A stretch of 64,000 nt of DNA from an uncultured Alphaproteobacteria bacterium (lineage in GTDB: Bacteria; Pseudomonadota; Alphaproteobacteria; Rhizobiales; Rhodomicrobiaceae), in NCBI GenBank assembly GCA_963829495.1, contig CAWHIT010000028.1, forward strand, positions 51,080-115,079. Direction: 5' to 3'. The first letter of the stretch is position 1, and each line of letters starts with the position of its first letter. This document shows positions 1-10,225 of this stretch, one piece after another. Made by a program: the position numbers and the translations under genes. The notes under the pieces were generated by a model. That model had not been told where the DNA came from. It worked only from the letters and a program-made list of their open reading frames with translations, and did no database searches.

Positions 1-762
1 CTGGCGCTTGTCTCCATGGTCGCGATGGAACCGCCCTCTGCTTTCGACCCGGCCTCCATCCGGTCGAGGAAGGCCGACGTGTTCACGGCGATGCGTCCTG
101 TCAGCGCAAATCAGGTCGTCCGCGCGCAGTACGCGGCCGGCACGCTCCTCGGCAAGCCGGTAAAGGCCTACAGGGACGAGCCCAATGTGGCGCGCGATTC
201 AAAGGTCGAAACTTACGTGGCAATGCAGCTTGAGATCGATAATTGGCGCTGGGCGGGCGTGCCGTTTTTTATCCGCACGGGCAAGCATCTCTCGCAGCGC
301 AAGACCGAAGTTGCGATCCGTTTCAAGCAGGCTCCGTACACGCCCTTCCGCCACACGCCCGTTTTCTGCTTGCCGGATAACTGGCTGATTATTTCGATAG
401 CGCCGGACGAAGGCATCTCGCTGCAGTTTGCAGTCAAGCGGCCGGGACCGGTTGTGGATCTCGCAGGCGTGCGTATGGATTTTCGCGACAATGACTGGTT
501 TCCGAGCGAGCCGAATGTCGGCTACGAGACGCTCATCTATGACGTGATGATGGGCGATCAGACGTTGTTCATGCGGGCGGACATGGTCGAGGAAGCGTGG
601 CGCGTCGTGCAGCCGGTTCTGGACGCCTGGACGGACGATGATGCAAATGTCACCACTTATGTGTCAGGCAGCGAAGGACCGCTGGAAGCGGACGGTCTTC
701 TCGCACGCCTGGGAAACCACGCTTGGCGGCCTATCGAGGTCGCTCCAAAGCGGCAGTCATGA
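1..762 (+). CDS. zwf: glucose-6-phosphate 1-dehydrogenase (3' part, truncated by window edge)
   Basis: C-terminal G6PD motifs RWAGVPFFIRTGK and GYETLIYDVMMGDQTLFMRADMVEEAW; followed by gluconokinase and pgl. Confidence 0.95.
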   Translation: MALVSMVAMEPPSAFDPASIRSRKADVFTAMRPVSANQVVRAQYAAGTLLGKPVKAYRDEPNVARDSKVETYVAMQLEIDNWRWAGVPFFIRTGKHLSQRKTEVAIRFKQAPYTPFRHTPVFCLPDNWLIISIAPDEGISLQFAVKRPGPVVDLAGVRMDFRDNDWFPSEPNVGYETLIYDVMMGDQTLFMRADMVEEAWRVVQPVLDAWTDDDANVTTYVSGSEGPLEADGLLARLGNHAWRPIEVAPKRQS

Positions 763-1304
763 GCAATCTTGCGACCAAGCCGCAGGCCGTCGTGGTCATG
801 GGCGTCGCCGGATCGGGCAAATCGACGGTCGCGGCTTTGGTGGCCGCGATGCTCGGATACGAGTTCCAGGAGGGCGATCTCCTTCACCCGCCGGAGAATG
901 TCCAGAAGATGCGAAGCGGCACGCCGCTGACCGACGAAGACCGCACGCTTTGGCTCAACCACGTGGCCGCCGCAATCGATGGCTGGCGGGCCAACGGCAA
1001 GGGCGGCGTGATCAGCTGCTCGGCTTTGAAGCGAAGTTACCGGGACATCGTCATCGGCGCTCGCTCCGATGTCACCCTCGTCTACCTGAAGGGCTCATAC
1101 GATCTGATTCACGCCCGCCTCGCGGCGCGGCACGAGCATTTCATGCCCGTGGGCTTGCTCGACAGCCAGTTCGCGACACTTGAGGAACCCACGCCAGACG
1201 AGCATCCGATCGTCGTCGATGTTGCGGGCGCGCCTGCCACGATTGCAGCCGAGATCGCGGAGGTCCTGGCACAGCGCGCGGCCAGTTCAGGGAGGGCGCC
1301 GTGA
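759..1304 (+). CDS. gntK: gluconokinase
   Basis: VMGVAGSGKST P-loop, GTPLTDEDR, CSALKRSYRD, HFMPVGLLDSQFATLEEP; ATG at 759 overlaps zwf stop (ATGA). Confidence 0.93.
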   Translation: MSNLATKPQAVVVMGVAGSGKSTVAALVAAMLGYEFQEGDLLHPPENVQKMRSGTPLTDEDRTLWLNHVAAAIDGWRANGKGGVISCSALKRSYRDIVIGARSDVTLVYLKGSYDLIHARLAARHEHFMPVGLLDSQFATLEEPTPDEHPIVVDVAGAPATIAAEIAEVLAQRAASSGRAP

Positions 1305-2020
1305 CCAGATTGGAAGTTCTCGCCGATCCGGATGATCTCGCAGGCCGCGTTGCTGACTGGTTGCTCGCCGCTGCCATCGCGAAAAAGGGAGTCTTTAGCG
1401 TCTGCCTGTCCGGTGGTTCCACACCGAAACTGCTTTACGAGCGTCTCGCCGCGCCGCCCTATCGCGAACAATTTCCCTGGTCCCGGACGCATCTGTTTTG
1501 GGGCGATGAGCGCTTCGTGGCCCACAACGATCCGTTGAGCAATTATAGAATGGTGCGCGAGGCGCTGCTTACGCACGTTCCCATCCCGGCGGCAAATGTT
1601 CACCCCATCCCCACCGAGGGTCTCGGCCCCGTTGAAGCAGCAGCATCCTATGAGCGCGAGCTAAAGTCCTTCTACGGCGCGGAGCGGCTCGATCCCACCC
1701 GGCCGCTTTTCGATATCAACCTTCTGGGGCTCGGGACCGATGGCCACACGGCCTCCTTATTTCCCGGTACGGCGGTGCTTGCTGAAGGGGATCGCTGGGT
1801 TGCGGCGGTCGAGGGCGCAAAGCCCGAAACGCGCATCACCCTGACCTATCCGGCGCTGGAAAGCTGCGCAGATGCCGCCTTCCTCGTTGCAGGCGCGGAA
1901 AAGCGGCCGATCCTTGCCAGGCTCCGCGCCGGCGAAAGCTCTCTTCCTGCGAGCCAGATCAAACCCACCGGCTCGCTGTGGATTTTCGCGGATGTGACGG
2001 CAACTGGTCCGAGGAGCTGA
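1301..2020 (+). CDS. pgl: 6-phosphogluconolactonase
   Basis: LSGGSTP, FWGDERFV, LLGLGTDGHTASLFP, RITLT motifs. Confidence 0.95.
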   Translation: MTRLEVLADPDDLAGRVADWLLAAAIAKKGVFSVCLSGGSTPKLLYERLAAPPYREQFPWSRTHLFWGDERFVAHNDPLSNYRMVREALLTHVPIPAANVHPIPTEGLGPVEAAASYERELKSFYGAERLDPTRPLFDINLLGLGTDGHTASLFPGTAVLAEGDRWVAAVEGAKPETRITLTYPALESCADAAFLVAGAEKRPILARLRAGESSLPASQIKPTGSLWIFADVTATGPRS

Positions 2021-2060
2021 AGCGCCCCGCAGCGCGGTCTGCTTGCGGGCGCCACGCCTA

Positions 2061-2727
2061 TAGCATCGTGCGTTTAACCGGACGCGGGCGGCATGGTCCA
2101 TTTTGTAGCATCCTGCAAATGGCGGCATCTCTACTTCTGAAAGATCTTCAGCGAAATCGCCTTGACGGCAGGTTAACGCAGCTTAGGCGCGCTCAAGTCC
2201 TTGATAATGCTTGTAAAAATGACAGAACGGGACGCCATCGCCTCTACCTGCGCCGTGCAGTTCCGGCCTTTGTAAGCGTTAATTCGCGATTTCAAAACAT
2301 ATTTAACGGACTTTTGCTCGTCCCAGTAAATGGGAAAATTCCGTCATTAGATTCTATTTAATGGGTCATTTGTTAACAATAAAACACATAGTGATTTCAA
2401 TGTCTTAGTGGTATCGACCCTTTGTGCGGTCGTAGGCGCGGCATTCCACCGTTTCGCGCCGCTTAAAGAATTCTTTTACCAACACACGGGGGGAAATAAT
2501 TCCGGCGCGCTTCTGTTAACCACATAAGTATGAAGGCTCGCCGCAGTGAACGAAATGTTTACTAAAGCGCGCGTGGCGAGCGTCGTCCACGATGGCGATG
2601 GGCCGGTTTGGTGAAGGCTTCCTAACGCATCCCGCCTCGCGGGCGTCGCCATGGTCGCCGCCCGAAACACACCGCGGCACACCGTTAATGCGCCGCAACC
2701 GGTTCCGATTTTGCGCACGCTGCGCTA
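2061..2727. repeat. long intergenic repeat element, copy 1 (family of 4 in window)
   Basis: Colinear, high similarity to 33049-33755 over the whole length; reverse-complement motif matches to 24160-24690 and 51957-53582; ends TAGCATCGTGCG...CGCACGCTGCGCTA; lies between convergent genes. Confidence 0.9.
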
Positions 2728-3240
2728 ATGAGTTTCGGCCTTAGTCCAGGTCTTGTAATCCTGCGGGGATACCGACGGGATCTTTTTGACGAACGCCGTG
2801 ATCGCCCAGATCTCGGGGTCTTCCACCTTGATGCGCCCAAAGCTCGGCATTCCGGTCATGCCGATGCCATTTTTGATGACCCAGAAAATCTCGCCAGCCG
2901 ACTGGCCCTTGGCGACCTCGCTCAGGTCGGCGGGATCGGGCTTCATGCCTTCCGCAAATTTCTCCCAATCGACTCCCGGCGCTCCGTGGCACGCAGTGCA
3001 GCCGCGCGTGGCAAAGGCGCGGGCGCCGGCCTGAATTGTAGCCGGATCTTCGAGGTTAGAAGGCGTCCTCGCGGGGGCGCGACTCTCAATCGATGCTTCG
3101 CGCACGCTTGCCAGCACCCAGTCTACGGGCTTTGGATCGGGGTGTGCCGCCGCGACGTCGTAGAAGCCTCCCAAAAAGTAAACCGCGCTTGCGATAATGG
3201 CTAAAACTGCAAGAACTCCAATGGCAGCGAAAAATTTCAT
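2725..3240 (-). CDS. membrane-anchored c-type cytochrome
   Basis: N-terminal hydrophobic anchor, CTACH heme-binding motif, IKNGIGMTGMPSF with distal Met. Confidence 0.88.
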   Translation of the reverse strand: MKFFAAIGVLAVLAIIASAVYFLGGFYDVAAAHPDPKPVDWVLASVREASIESRAPARTPSNLEDPATIQAGARAFATRGCTACHGAPGVDWEKFAEGMKPDPADLSEVAKGQSAGEIFWVIKNGIGMTGMPSFGRIKVEDPEIWAITAFVKKIPSVSPQDYKTWTKAETH

Positions 3241-3459
3241 GGCTGTCGTCCTCTACGCGCTCTCGTGCACGGCTTTTCCCGGCTGATAGCTCAGCTGAAG
3301 CGCGAACCCTTGCTCTGTTGCTTTGACTTTCGAGATGCTCGCATTGAGAGAGGGGCTTTTGATCCCTCTTTCAACGCGACGGGCCATTAACACTTCTGCC
3401 CAGGCCGTGCTCCGAAGAGAGTCGTGAAATTGAAGCGAGCGCAGATCAAATAACGGACA

Positions 3460-4163
3460 TCAATCGCCCTCGGCGCGGAGGCGGTAGCCCACCCCGGTTT
3501 CGGTCATGATGAGGGCTGGGCGCTCTGGGTCCGCCTCGATCTTCTGCCGGAGCTGACGCACATAAATGCGCAAATATTGGACATCGCAGGCTGCTCCCCA
3601 AACCTGCTGCATGACGAAACGATGGGTGAGCACCTTCCCGGCATGCAGAACCAGGAGACGGAGAATATCGTACTCCTTGGGCGAGAGCTTCACCTCCTCG
3701 CCTTTCACCGTGACGACCCGCCGGACGAAGGTCTACCTGAAGCGGCCCGCTCTTGAACAGCGGCTCGCCGCCCTGTTCCTGAAAGCGGTGGCGTAACGCC
3801 GTGCGAATGCGCGCAACAAGTTCCGCGATGCCGAAAGGCTTTGTCACGTAATCGTCCGCGCCAAGCTCCAGCGCCTCGACCTTGCCGCGCTCGTCGCCCC
3901 GGCTCGACAGCACCACAATCGGCAGCTTCGATCCGCTCTTGCGAATGCGCCGGATGACATCCAGGCCGTCTAGATCGGGAAGGCCAAGATCGAGGATCAC
4001 GACTTCCGGCTTTTTCGCCTCGATCGTCGCAAACGCCTTCTCCGCGTTATCGGCCTCGAACACCTCAAAGCCCTCTGCCCCAAGACTGGTGCGCAAGAGA
4101 CGCCTGATTGGCGGCTCGTCGTCGACCACCAGAACCGGTGTCTTGTCACTGCGCTGCGGTCAT
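3460..4163 (-). CDS. kdpE: KdpE response regulator (frameshifted near 3730 and near the start)
   Basis: Receiver domain (VVDDEPPIRR, ILDLGLPDLDG, GADDYVTKPF) plus OmpR winged helix (LSPKEYDIL, YLRIYVRQLRQKIE, TETGVGYRL) in two frames; downstream of kdpD. Confidence 0.9.
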
Positions 4164-4178
4164 GGTTGCACCGCCTTA

Positions 4179-6889
4179 TCAAGCGGCCAGTTCCTTTTCG
4201 TGATATGGGAATGTGATCGTAAATATCGCGCCGGACCGGTCGGCTCGGTTCGCCGCTACCACCTTACCTCCAAGCGCGTTGACAAATCCACGGCATATGG
4301 CAAGCCCAAGCCCGTTCCCGCGCGCTGCCGGTCGCCATGCTTCACGCGATGAAACTTCTCGAAAACCCGCTCAAGGCGATCTTCCGGTATTCCTGGCCCT
4401 TCGTCCAGAACCTCGATAGCAACCGCGCCCCGCGTCCGCCTCGCACGAATGCGAATTTCCGATCCTGGCGGCGCATATTTTGCGGCGTTATCGAGAAGGT
4501 TCACAAGCACCTGCTCGAACAGCATGACGTCGAGATTGAGCATCGGAAGGATCGCCTCAAGATCGACTTCAATTTTATGGTCGGACACAATGGTTGAAAC
4601 CCTCTGCAGCGCAGTGGCCACGATTTCGTCGATATGGACGTGCTCCCGGTCGAGCTCGATCGATCCGGACTCGATTTTGGTCATGTCGAGCAGGTTGGAC
4701 ACAAAGCGCGAAAGGCGCTCGGCCTCCTCCTGGATCGTCGTTACAAGCTCTTCGCGAGTCGGGGCATCGAGCAGGTCGCGATACTGTTTCAGCGATAGTC
4801 ACCGCGCCAAGGATCGACGCCAGCGGCGTCTTCAGGTCATGCGACAGGGATGTCAAAAGCGCGGCCCGCAGCCGCTCGCGTCTCTGCCGCGAGGCGCGCC
4901 TCATTGATCTGGCCCGCAAGCCGAACCCGCTCCAGCGCAACCGCCGACTGATCCATCAGCGCGTCGAGCAGGCGCCGTTCGTCCGGACTGAGCAGCATTT
5001 CCGGCCGCTGCCCTCTGGCGAGGCCCACAACGCCGATGGCGCCCGCCGCCGTGCGAAGCGGAATGAAAAGTCTTTTCGCGCCCGGCAACGTGTCGGAGCC
5101 GCGTCCCGCCGCGCGGTTATTCTCGAAGGACCATTTCGCCGCGCCAAGTTCCGCCTGATCGAGGTCGTCCTCCGGCGGGAAACCGGCGCTCACCCGCAAA
5201 ACGCCGTTGCTATCGGGAAGCACGATTACAACGTCGGTTTTCAGCGAATGCGCGATCTGATAGGCGGCTGCCCAAAGCAGATCGTCGAGCGAGACGATTC
5301 CCGCCAGCTTCTTCGAGAAAGCGTAAAGGGCCTCGGTCGTCGCTGCCCGGTTGCGCGCGGTGTCGGCTTGCGCGCGCACCTTTGCCGTCAGATTGCTGAC
5401 GACGAAGGCGGTAAAGAAAAAGAAAGCGAGCGCGGTGAAATTCTTCACATCGGACAGGCTTGTATTGTTAAGCGGGCTCCAGCAAGAAGAACTGGTAGCA
5501 CATCATGCTGAGCACTGCGGCTGCCATGGATGGCCATAAGCCGTATTTGTAAGCGACGCCGATGACAGCCACGAGGAAGACCAGATCCGCGCTTTCGATG
5601 CCGATCAGCGGCTGCAGGACATAGGCGAAGCCAAGCGCCAGCGCGACTGCCGCCACTGTCGCGACGTACGGGATGACATCCCACGCGCTCGAACTCGCCG
5701 CGCGTCTTGACCGTCTTCTTCGGGATCGGGTCGCCGATCAGGTGCTCGCCTGCGATCACATGGACGGTGATGTTGCCTGAACCGCGCACGAGTTCGTTGA
5801 CGACGGAGCCGTGGATGAGCTCGAACCACCGCGTCCGCCCGGATTTGCCGACCACGATCTGGGTGACATTATTCGCGCGAGAAAAGGAGAGAAGCTCCTC
5901 GGCGACGTTGCTGCCCGGGAATGGTGATCGCCTCGCCCTGAAGCTTCTCCGCGAGCCGCAACGTGTCGGCGACGCGGTCGCGCTCGACCTCGCTCAGCTG
6001 CTGGCTGCGGCTCGTCTCGACGTAAATCGCGGTCCAGGGCGCATGGAGCCGGTCGGCAAGGCGCTTGGTATAGCGGACGAGGCCGGCGGAGCGCGGGTCT
6101 TCGCTGATGCAAACAAGCAGACGTTCGCCTGCGGGCCAGGGGCCGGGGATGGCGTGCGCCCGCATATGGGTCAAAAGTTGCTCGTCCACCCGCTGCGCGG
6201 TGCGGCGAAGCGCAAGCTCGCGCAAGCGCCGTCAGGTTGCCGGGCGAGAAATAATGCTTGAGCGCCCGCTCGGCCTGTTTCGGGACGTAGACCTTGCCTT
6301 CCTTCAGCCGCTGGATCAGCTCGTCAGGCGCGAGATCGACGACCTCGATGTCGTCCGCCTTGTTGAGGAGCGAATCCGGCACAGTTTCGCGCACGCGGAT
6401 GCGAGTGATCTGCGCCACAACATCGTTCAGGCTCTCGACATGCTGAATGTTGAGCGTCGTGTAGACGTCGATGCCGGCGGCGAGCAGGTCTTCGACATCG
6501 AGGTAGCGCTTGGGATGGCGGCTGCCGGGCGCGTTCGTATGGGCAAGCTCGTCGACCAGGACGATTTGCGGATGGCGCTTGAGGATGGCGTCGAGATCCA
6601 TCTCCTCAAGCACGTGCCCGTGATAATCGATCTTGAGCCGCGGGATGATTTCGAAGCCTTCGAGCAGGGCTTGCGTTTCCGCGCGCCCATGCGTTTCGAC
6701 AACGCCGATGACGATGTCCGCGCCCTCGGTCAGCTTCGCGCGGGCGGAAAGCAGCATCTCGTAGGTTTTGCCGACGCCGGGAGCCGCGCCCATGAACACC
6801 TTGAGACGGCCGCGGCTTCGATCTTCGCGCCGGGCCTCTTCAAGCAGCGCGTCCGGCGAAGGTCGTCTTATGGTGTCGGTTTCGGCCAT
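4179..6889 (-). CDS. kdpD: KdpD sensor histidine kinase (multiple frameshifts; end approximate)
   Basis: RGRLKVFMGAAPGVGKTYEML, LVDELAHTN, Usp domain, TM segments, GAF, LSHDLKTPL H-box, NLLDNAAKY and GTGLGL boxes spread across several frames. Confidence 0.9.
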
Positions 6890-6917
6890 TCGCCTTAGCT
6901 TGCCAATTGCCGCGGCC

Positions 6918-7382
6918 TTATCGGCCGCCTGACAATAACATGTATGACATCCGAAGGGCTTCGTTGCTTTGCGCACCGCCGAAGCGCGATCCTTGTCTCG
7001 CAAGATTCTGGAAATCGCCGCGAGATGCGAAAGCGATTCGTCTGCGCCCGCCTCTCGGATTGCCGGGACTGATGATCGCGCACACGAGATCGACGGGCTC
7101 GCCGTCGATGGCGTCGGAAGCCGATTGGCTTCGCAAGCGAGCAGAACAAGGCGTAAGGTTGATCGAGATCCGGGAAAGCAGACATGCGGGAGGGCCACGC
7201 CGTGGCCGATGCCGGTCGATCCGAGCGCCTCGCGCGCCGCCAGCGCCTCGCGGATGCGCTCGGGGTCCAGGCCGCTCCGCGATCCGAGCGCCTGGGCCGC
7301 AAATCTGCAGCGCGTCGGGCTTGTCGTCGATGCGCACGCGCACCGCGATCGATGCAGGAGTGATGAGGTCGGATATACGCAT
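6918..7382 (-). CDS. PTS EIIA (Ntr/Fru-type) domain protein, frameshifted
   Basis: MRISDLIT..., REALGSTGIGHGVALPH (phospho-His motif), DAIDGEPVDLV, HLAAISRILRD in alternating frames. Confidence 0.8.
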   Translation of the reverse strand: MRISDLITPASIAVRVRIDDKPDALQICGPGARIAERPGPRAHPRGAGGARGARIDRHRPRRGPPACLLSRISINLTPCSARLRSQSASDAIDGEPVDLVCAIISPGNPRGGRRRIAFASRGDFQNLARQGSRFGGAQSNEALRMSYMLLSGGR

Positions 7383-7483
7383 GATCTTATCGCCTCAAGG
7401 AGGCGTCCACCTGATGAATCGGTGCGGCGGCTCAACTTTCAAGCCGCCTCACCCGAGTTGGGTGATCGAAACCGGCCATCCGG

Positions 7484-8099
7484 TTAGCGGCTTGCGCTGT
7501 GCGGCTCCGCGTCGAGGCTCAGGTTGAGCTTCAGCACATTCACCCGAGGCTCTCCGAGAATGCCAAGCCAGCGGCCTTCGGTGCTCTTGTCAACAAGCTC
7601 GCGGAGCCGCTCTTCGGACATCCCCCTCGCCTTGGCGACGCGCGGGATCTGGAAGAGCGCAGCCGCGGGCGTGATGTCCGGATCGAGCCCGCTTGCGGAT
7701 GTGGTCACGAGATCGACCGGCACAAGGGCCGCTGGATTCTCGGCCTTCAGCTTGTTGGCATCCTGGGTGACGCGATCGATCAGGCTTTTCGAGGTGGGGC
7801 CGGCGTTCGACCCGCCGGAATTGCTGGCGTTATAGGGCGCGGGAACGGTCTTTGTCGGATCGTTCGGATCCGTGTCGGTCGTGGCGGACGGGCGGCCGTG
7901 GAAGTATTGCTCGCATCCGTGAAGTTCTGGCCGATCAGCTCCGAGCCGATCACCTTGCCGTCGCGCTCGATCAGGCTGCCGTTCGCCTGATGCGGGAAAA
8001 GAAGCTGCGCAAGCCCGGTCATTCCGAGGGGATAGGCAAGCCCGTGATCAGCGTCAGGACGACGATCATGACGATGGCGGGTTGGATTTGTCTCAACAT
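7484..8099 (-). CDS. kdpC: K+-transporting ATPase subunit C (frameshifted)
   Basis: [11 protein letters not shown]..., [65 protein letters not shown]. Confidence 0.92.
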
Positions 8100-8108
8100 G
8101 ATGCTCTC

Positions 8109-10208
8109 CTAAGCCAGGCCGACGGCGGAAACGACCAGATCGATCAGCTTGATGCCGATGAACGGCACGACGATGCCGCCGACGCCGTAGATCAGCAGGT
8201 TGCGCGTCAGGATCTTCGAGGCGCCCAGCGGCCGGTAGCGAACGCCGCGCAGCGCCAGCGGGATCAGGGCAATGATGATCAGCGCGTTGAAGATGATCGC
8301 CGACAGGATCGCGCTTTGCGGCGACGAAAGCTGCATCACGTTCAGCGCGTTGAGCTGCGGGTAGAACGCGACGAACATCGCCGGGATGATCGCGAAATAT
8401 TTGGCTACGTCGTTGGCGATGGAGAAGGTCGTCAGCGCGCCGCGCGTGATCAGCAGCTGCTTGCCGATCTCCACGATCTCGATAAGCTTCGTCGGGATCG
8501 CTGTCGAGGTCGATCATGTTGCCGGCTTCGCGCGCCGCCATCGTGCCCGTGTTCATCGCCACGCCGACATCGGCCTGAGCCAGCGCCGGCGCGTCGTTCG
8601 TGCCGTCGCCGCACATGGCGACGAGCTTGCCCTTGGCCTGCTCCTCGCGGATGAGGTTCGAGCTTGTTCTCGGGCGTGGCCTGCGCCAGGAAATCGTCCA
8701 CGCCCGGCTTCCGCCGCGATGGCCGCCGCCGTCAGCGGGTTGTCGCCCGTGATCATGATGGTGCGGATGCCCATGCGGCGCAGCTCGGCGAAGCGCTCGC
8801 GGATGCCGCCCTTCACGATGTCCTTCAGGTGAACGAGGCCGAGCAGGCGTGCCGTTGCGGGCGACGGCGAGCGGCGTGCCGCCCGACTTCGATATCGCTC
8901 CGCCTCGCGCTCAAGCTCCGGCGGGATCGGCATGTTCGGGTTGCCGGTCACCTGGCGCACATAATTGACGACGGCGTCGACGGCGCCTTTGCGGATCTGC
9001 TCGCCCTCAAGGTCGATGCCGCTGATGCGCGTATGCGCCGAGAAGGGGATGAAATATGCGCGCTGAAGCTGCGCCATGTCCCGGCCCCGGATGCCGTAGC
9101 GCTCCTTGGCGAGCACGACGATGGAGCGGCCCTCCGGCGTCTCGTCCGAGAGCGAGGCGAGCTGCGCCGCATCGGCCAGCTCCTGCTCGGAAACGCCCGG
9201 CAGGGGCATGAAGGCCGACGCCTGCCGGTTGCCGAGCGTGATGGTGCCCGGTCTTGTCGAGCAGCAGCGTATCGACGTCGCCCGCCGCCTCGACCGCGCG
9301 GCCCGACATGGCGAGCACGTTGAAGCGCACGAGCCGGTCCATGCCCGCGATGCCGATGGCGGAGAGCAGCGCGCCGATTGTCGTCGGGATCAGCGTCACG
9401 AACAGCGCGACCAGCACGATGACGGAGATGCTGCCGCCCGCATAGGCCGCGAAGCTCGGGATGCTGGCGACGGCGAAGACGAAGATGATCGTCATGCCCG
9501 CGAGAAGGATGTTCAGCGCGATCTCGTTCGGCGTCTTCTGACGCTCGGCGCCTTCGACAAGCGCGATCATGCGGTCGAGGAAGGTCGAGCCCTGGCTCGC
9601 GGTGATGCGCACCACGATCCAGTCGGATATGACGAGCGTGCCGCCCGTCACCGCCGAGCGGTCGCCGCCCGACTCGCGGATCACGGGCGCGGACTCGCCC
9701 GTGATGGCCGCTTCGTTCACCGAGGCGACGCCCTCGATCACCTCGCCGTCGGACGGGATGAGATCGCCCGCCTCGACCAGCACGACGTCGCCCGCCTTGA
9801 GCTGCACCGCGGGCGTCGAGCTCAATGGCGCTGGCGCTGCTTCGGCGTCGGGAAGCTTTTTCGCGACGATATCGGTCTTCGTGGCGCGCAGGCTCGCGGC
9901 CTGCGCTTTGCCGCGTCCCTCGGCGACGGCTTCCGCGAAGTTCGCGAACAGCACCGTGAACCAGAGCCAGAGGATGATCTGCAGCGAGAAGCCGAAATTC
10001 CCCGCGCCGCGTGACGAGATCGCGGATCGAAGAGCACCGTGGTCAGGAGCGCCACGACCTCGACCACGAACATGACCGGGTTTTTGGCGAGCGTCGCGCG
10101 GATCGAGCTTCTTGAACGAATCGCCGATGGCCGGGATCAGGATCTTCGGGATCGGCGATCGTGGACGTTGGCGTCCGTTTCTCTTAGCGGTGTAGCTGGA
10201 GCGAGCAT
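8109..10208 (-). CDS. kdpB: K+-transporting ATPase subunit B (multiple frameshifts)
   Basis: TGES motif, LLLDKTG phosphorylation motif, [41 protein letters not shown]. Confidence 0.93.
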
Positions 10209-10225
10209 GGGTTTTTACCTCGAAC

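Noticed and set aside
2476-2718. Similar short ORFs in repeat copies 1 and 3 (…ALVNISF.AASLHTYVVNRSAPEL…; also 33490-33675)
   Set aside because: The similarity follows from the DNA repeat. Starts differ, the middle is frameshifted between the copies, and nothing equivalent is seen in copies 2 and 4, so a real peptide is unsupported.
2061-2727. Repeat family as a CRISPR array or canonical CtrA-box promoter
   Set aside because: There are no regularly spaced identical repeats and no cas genes. TTAA pairs are spaced N5, N6, N10 or N11 rather than N7, and two copies lie between convergent genes.
5756-7435. Apparent EIIA-KdpD fusion in the ORF track
   Set aside because: Probably created by frameshifts. 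The linker is unconvincing and KdpD has its own plausible ATG at 6889, although polished sequence is needed to exclude a fusion.
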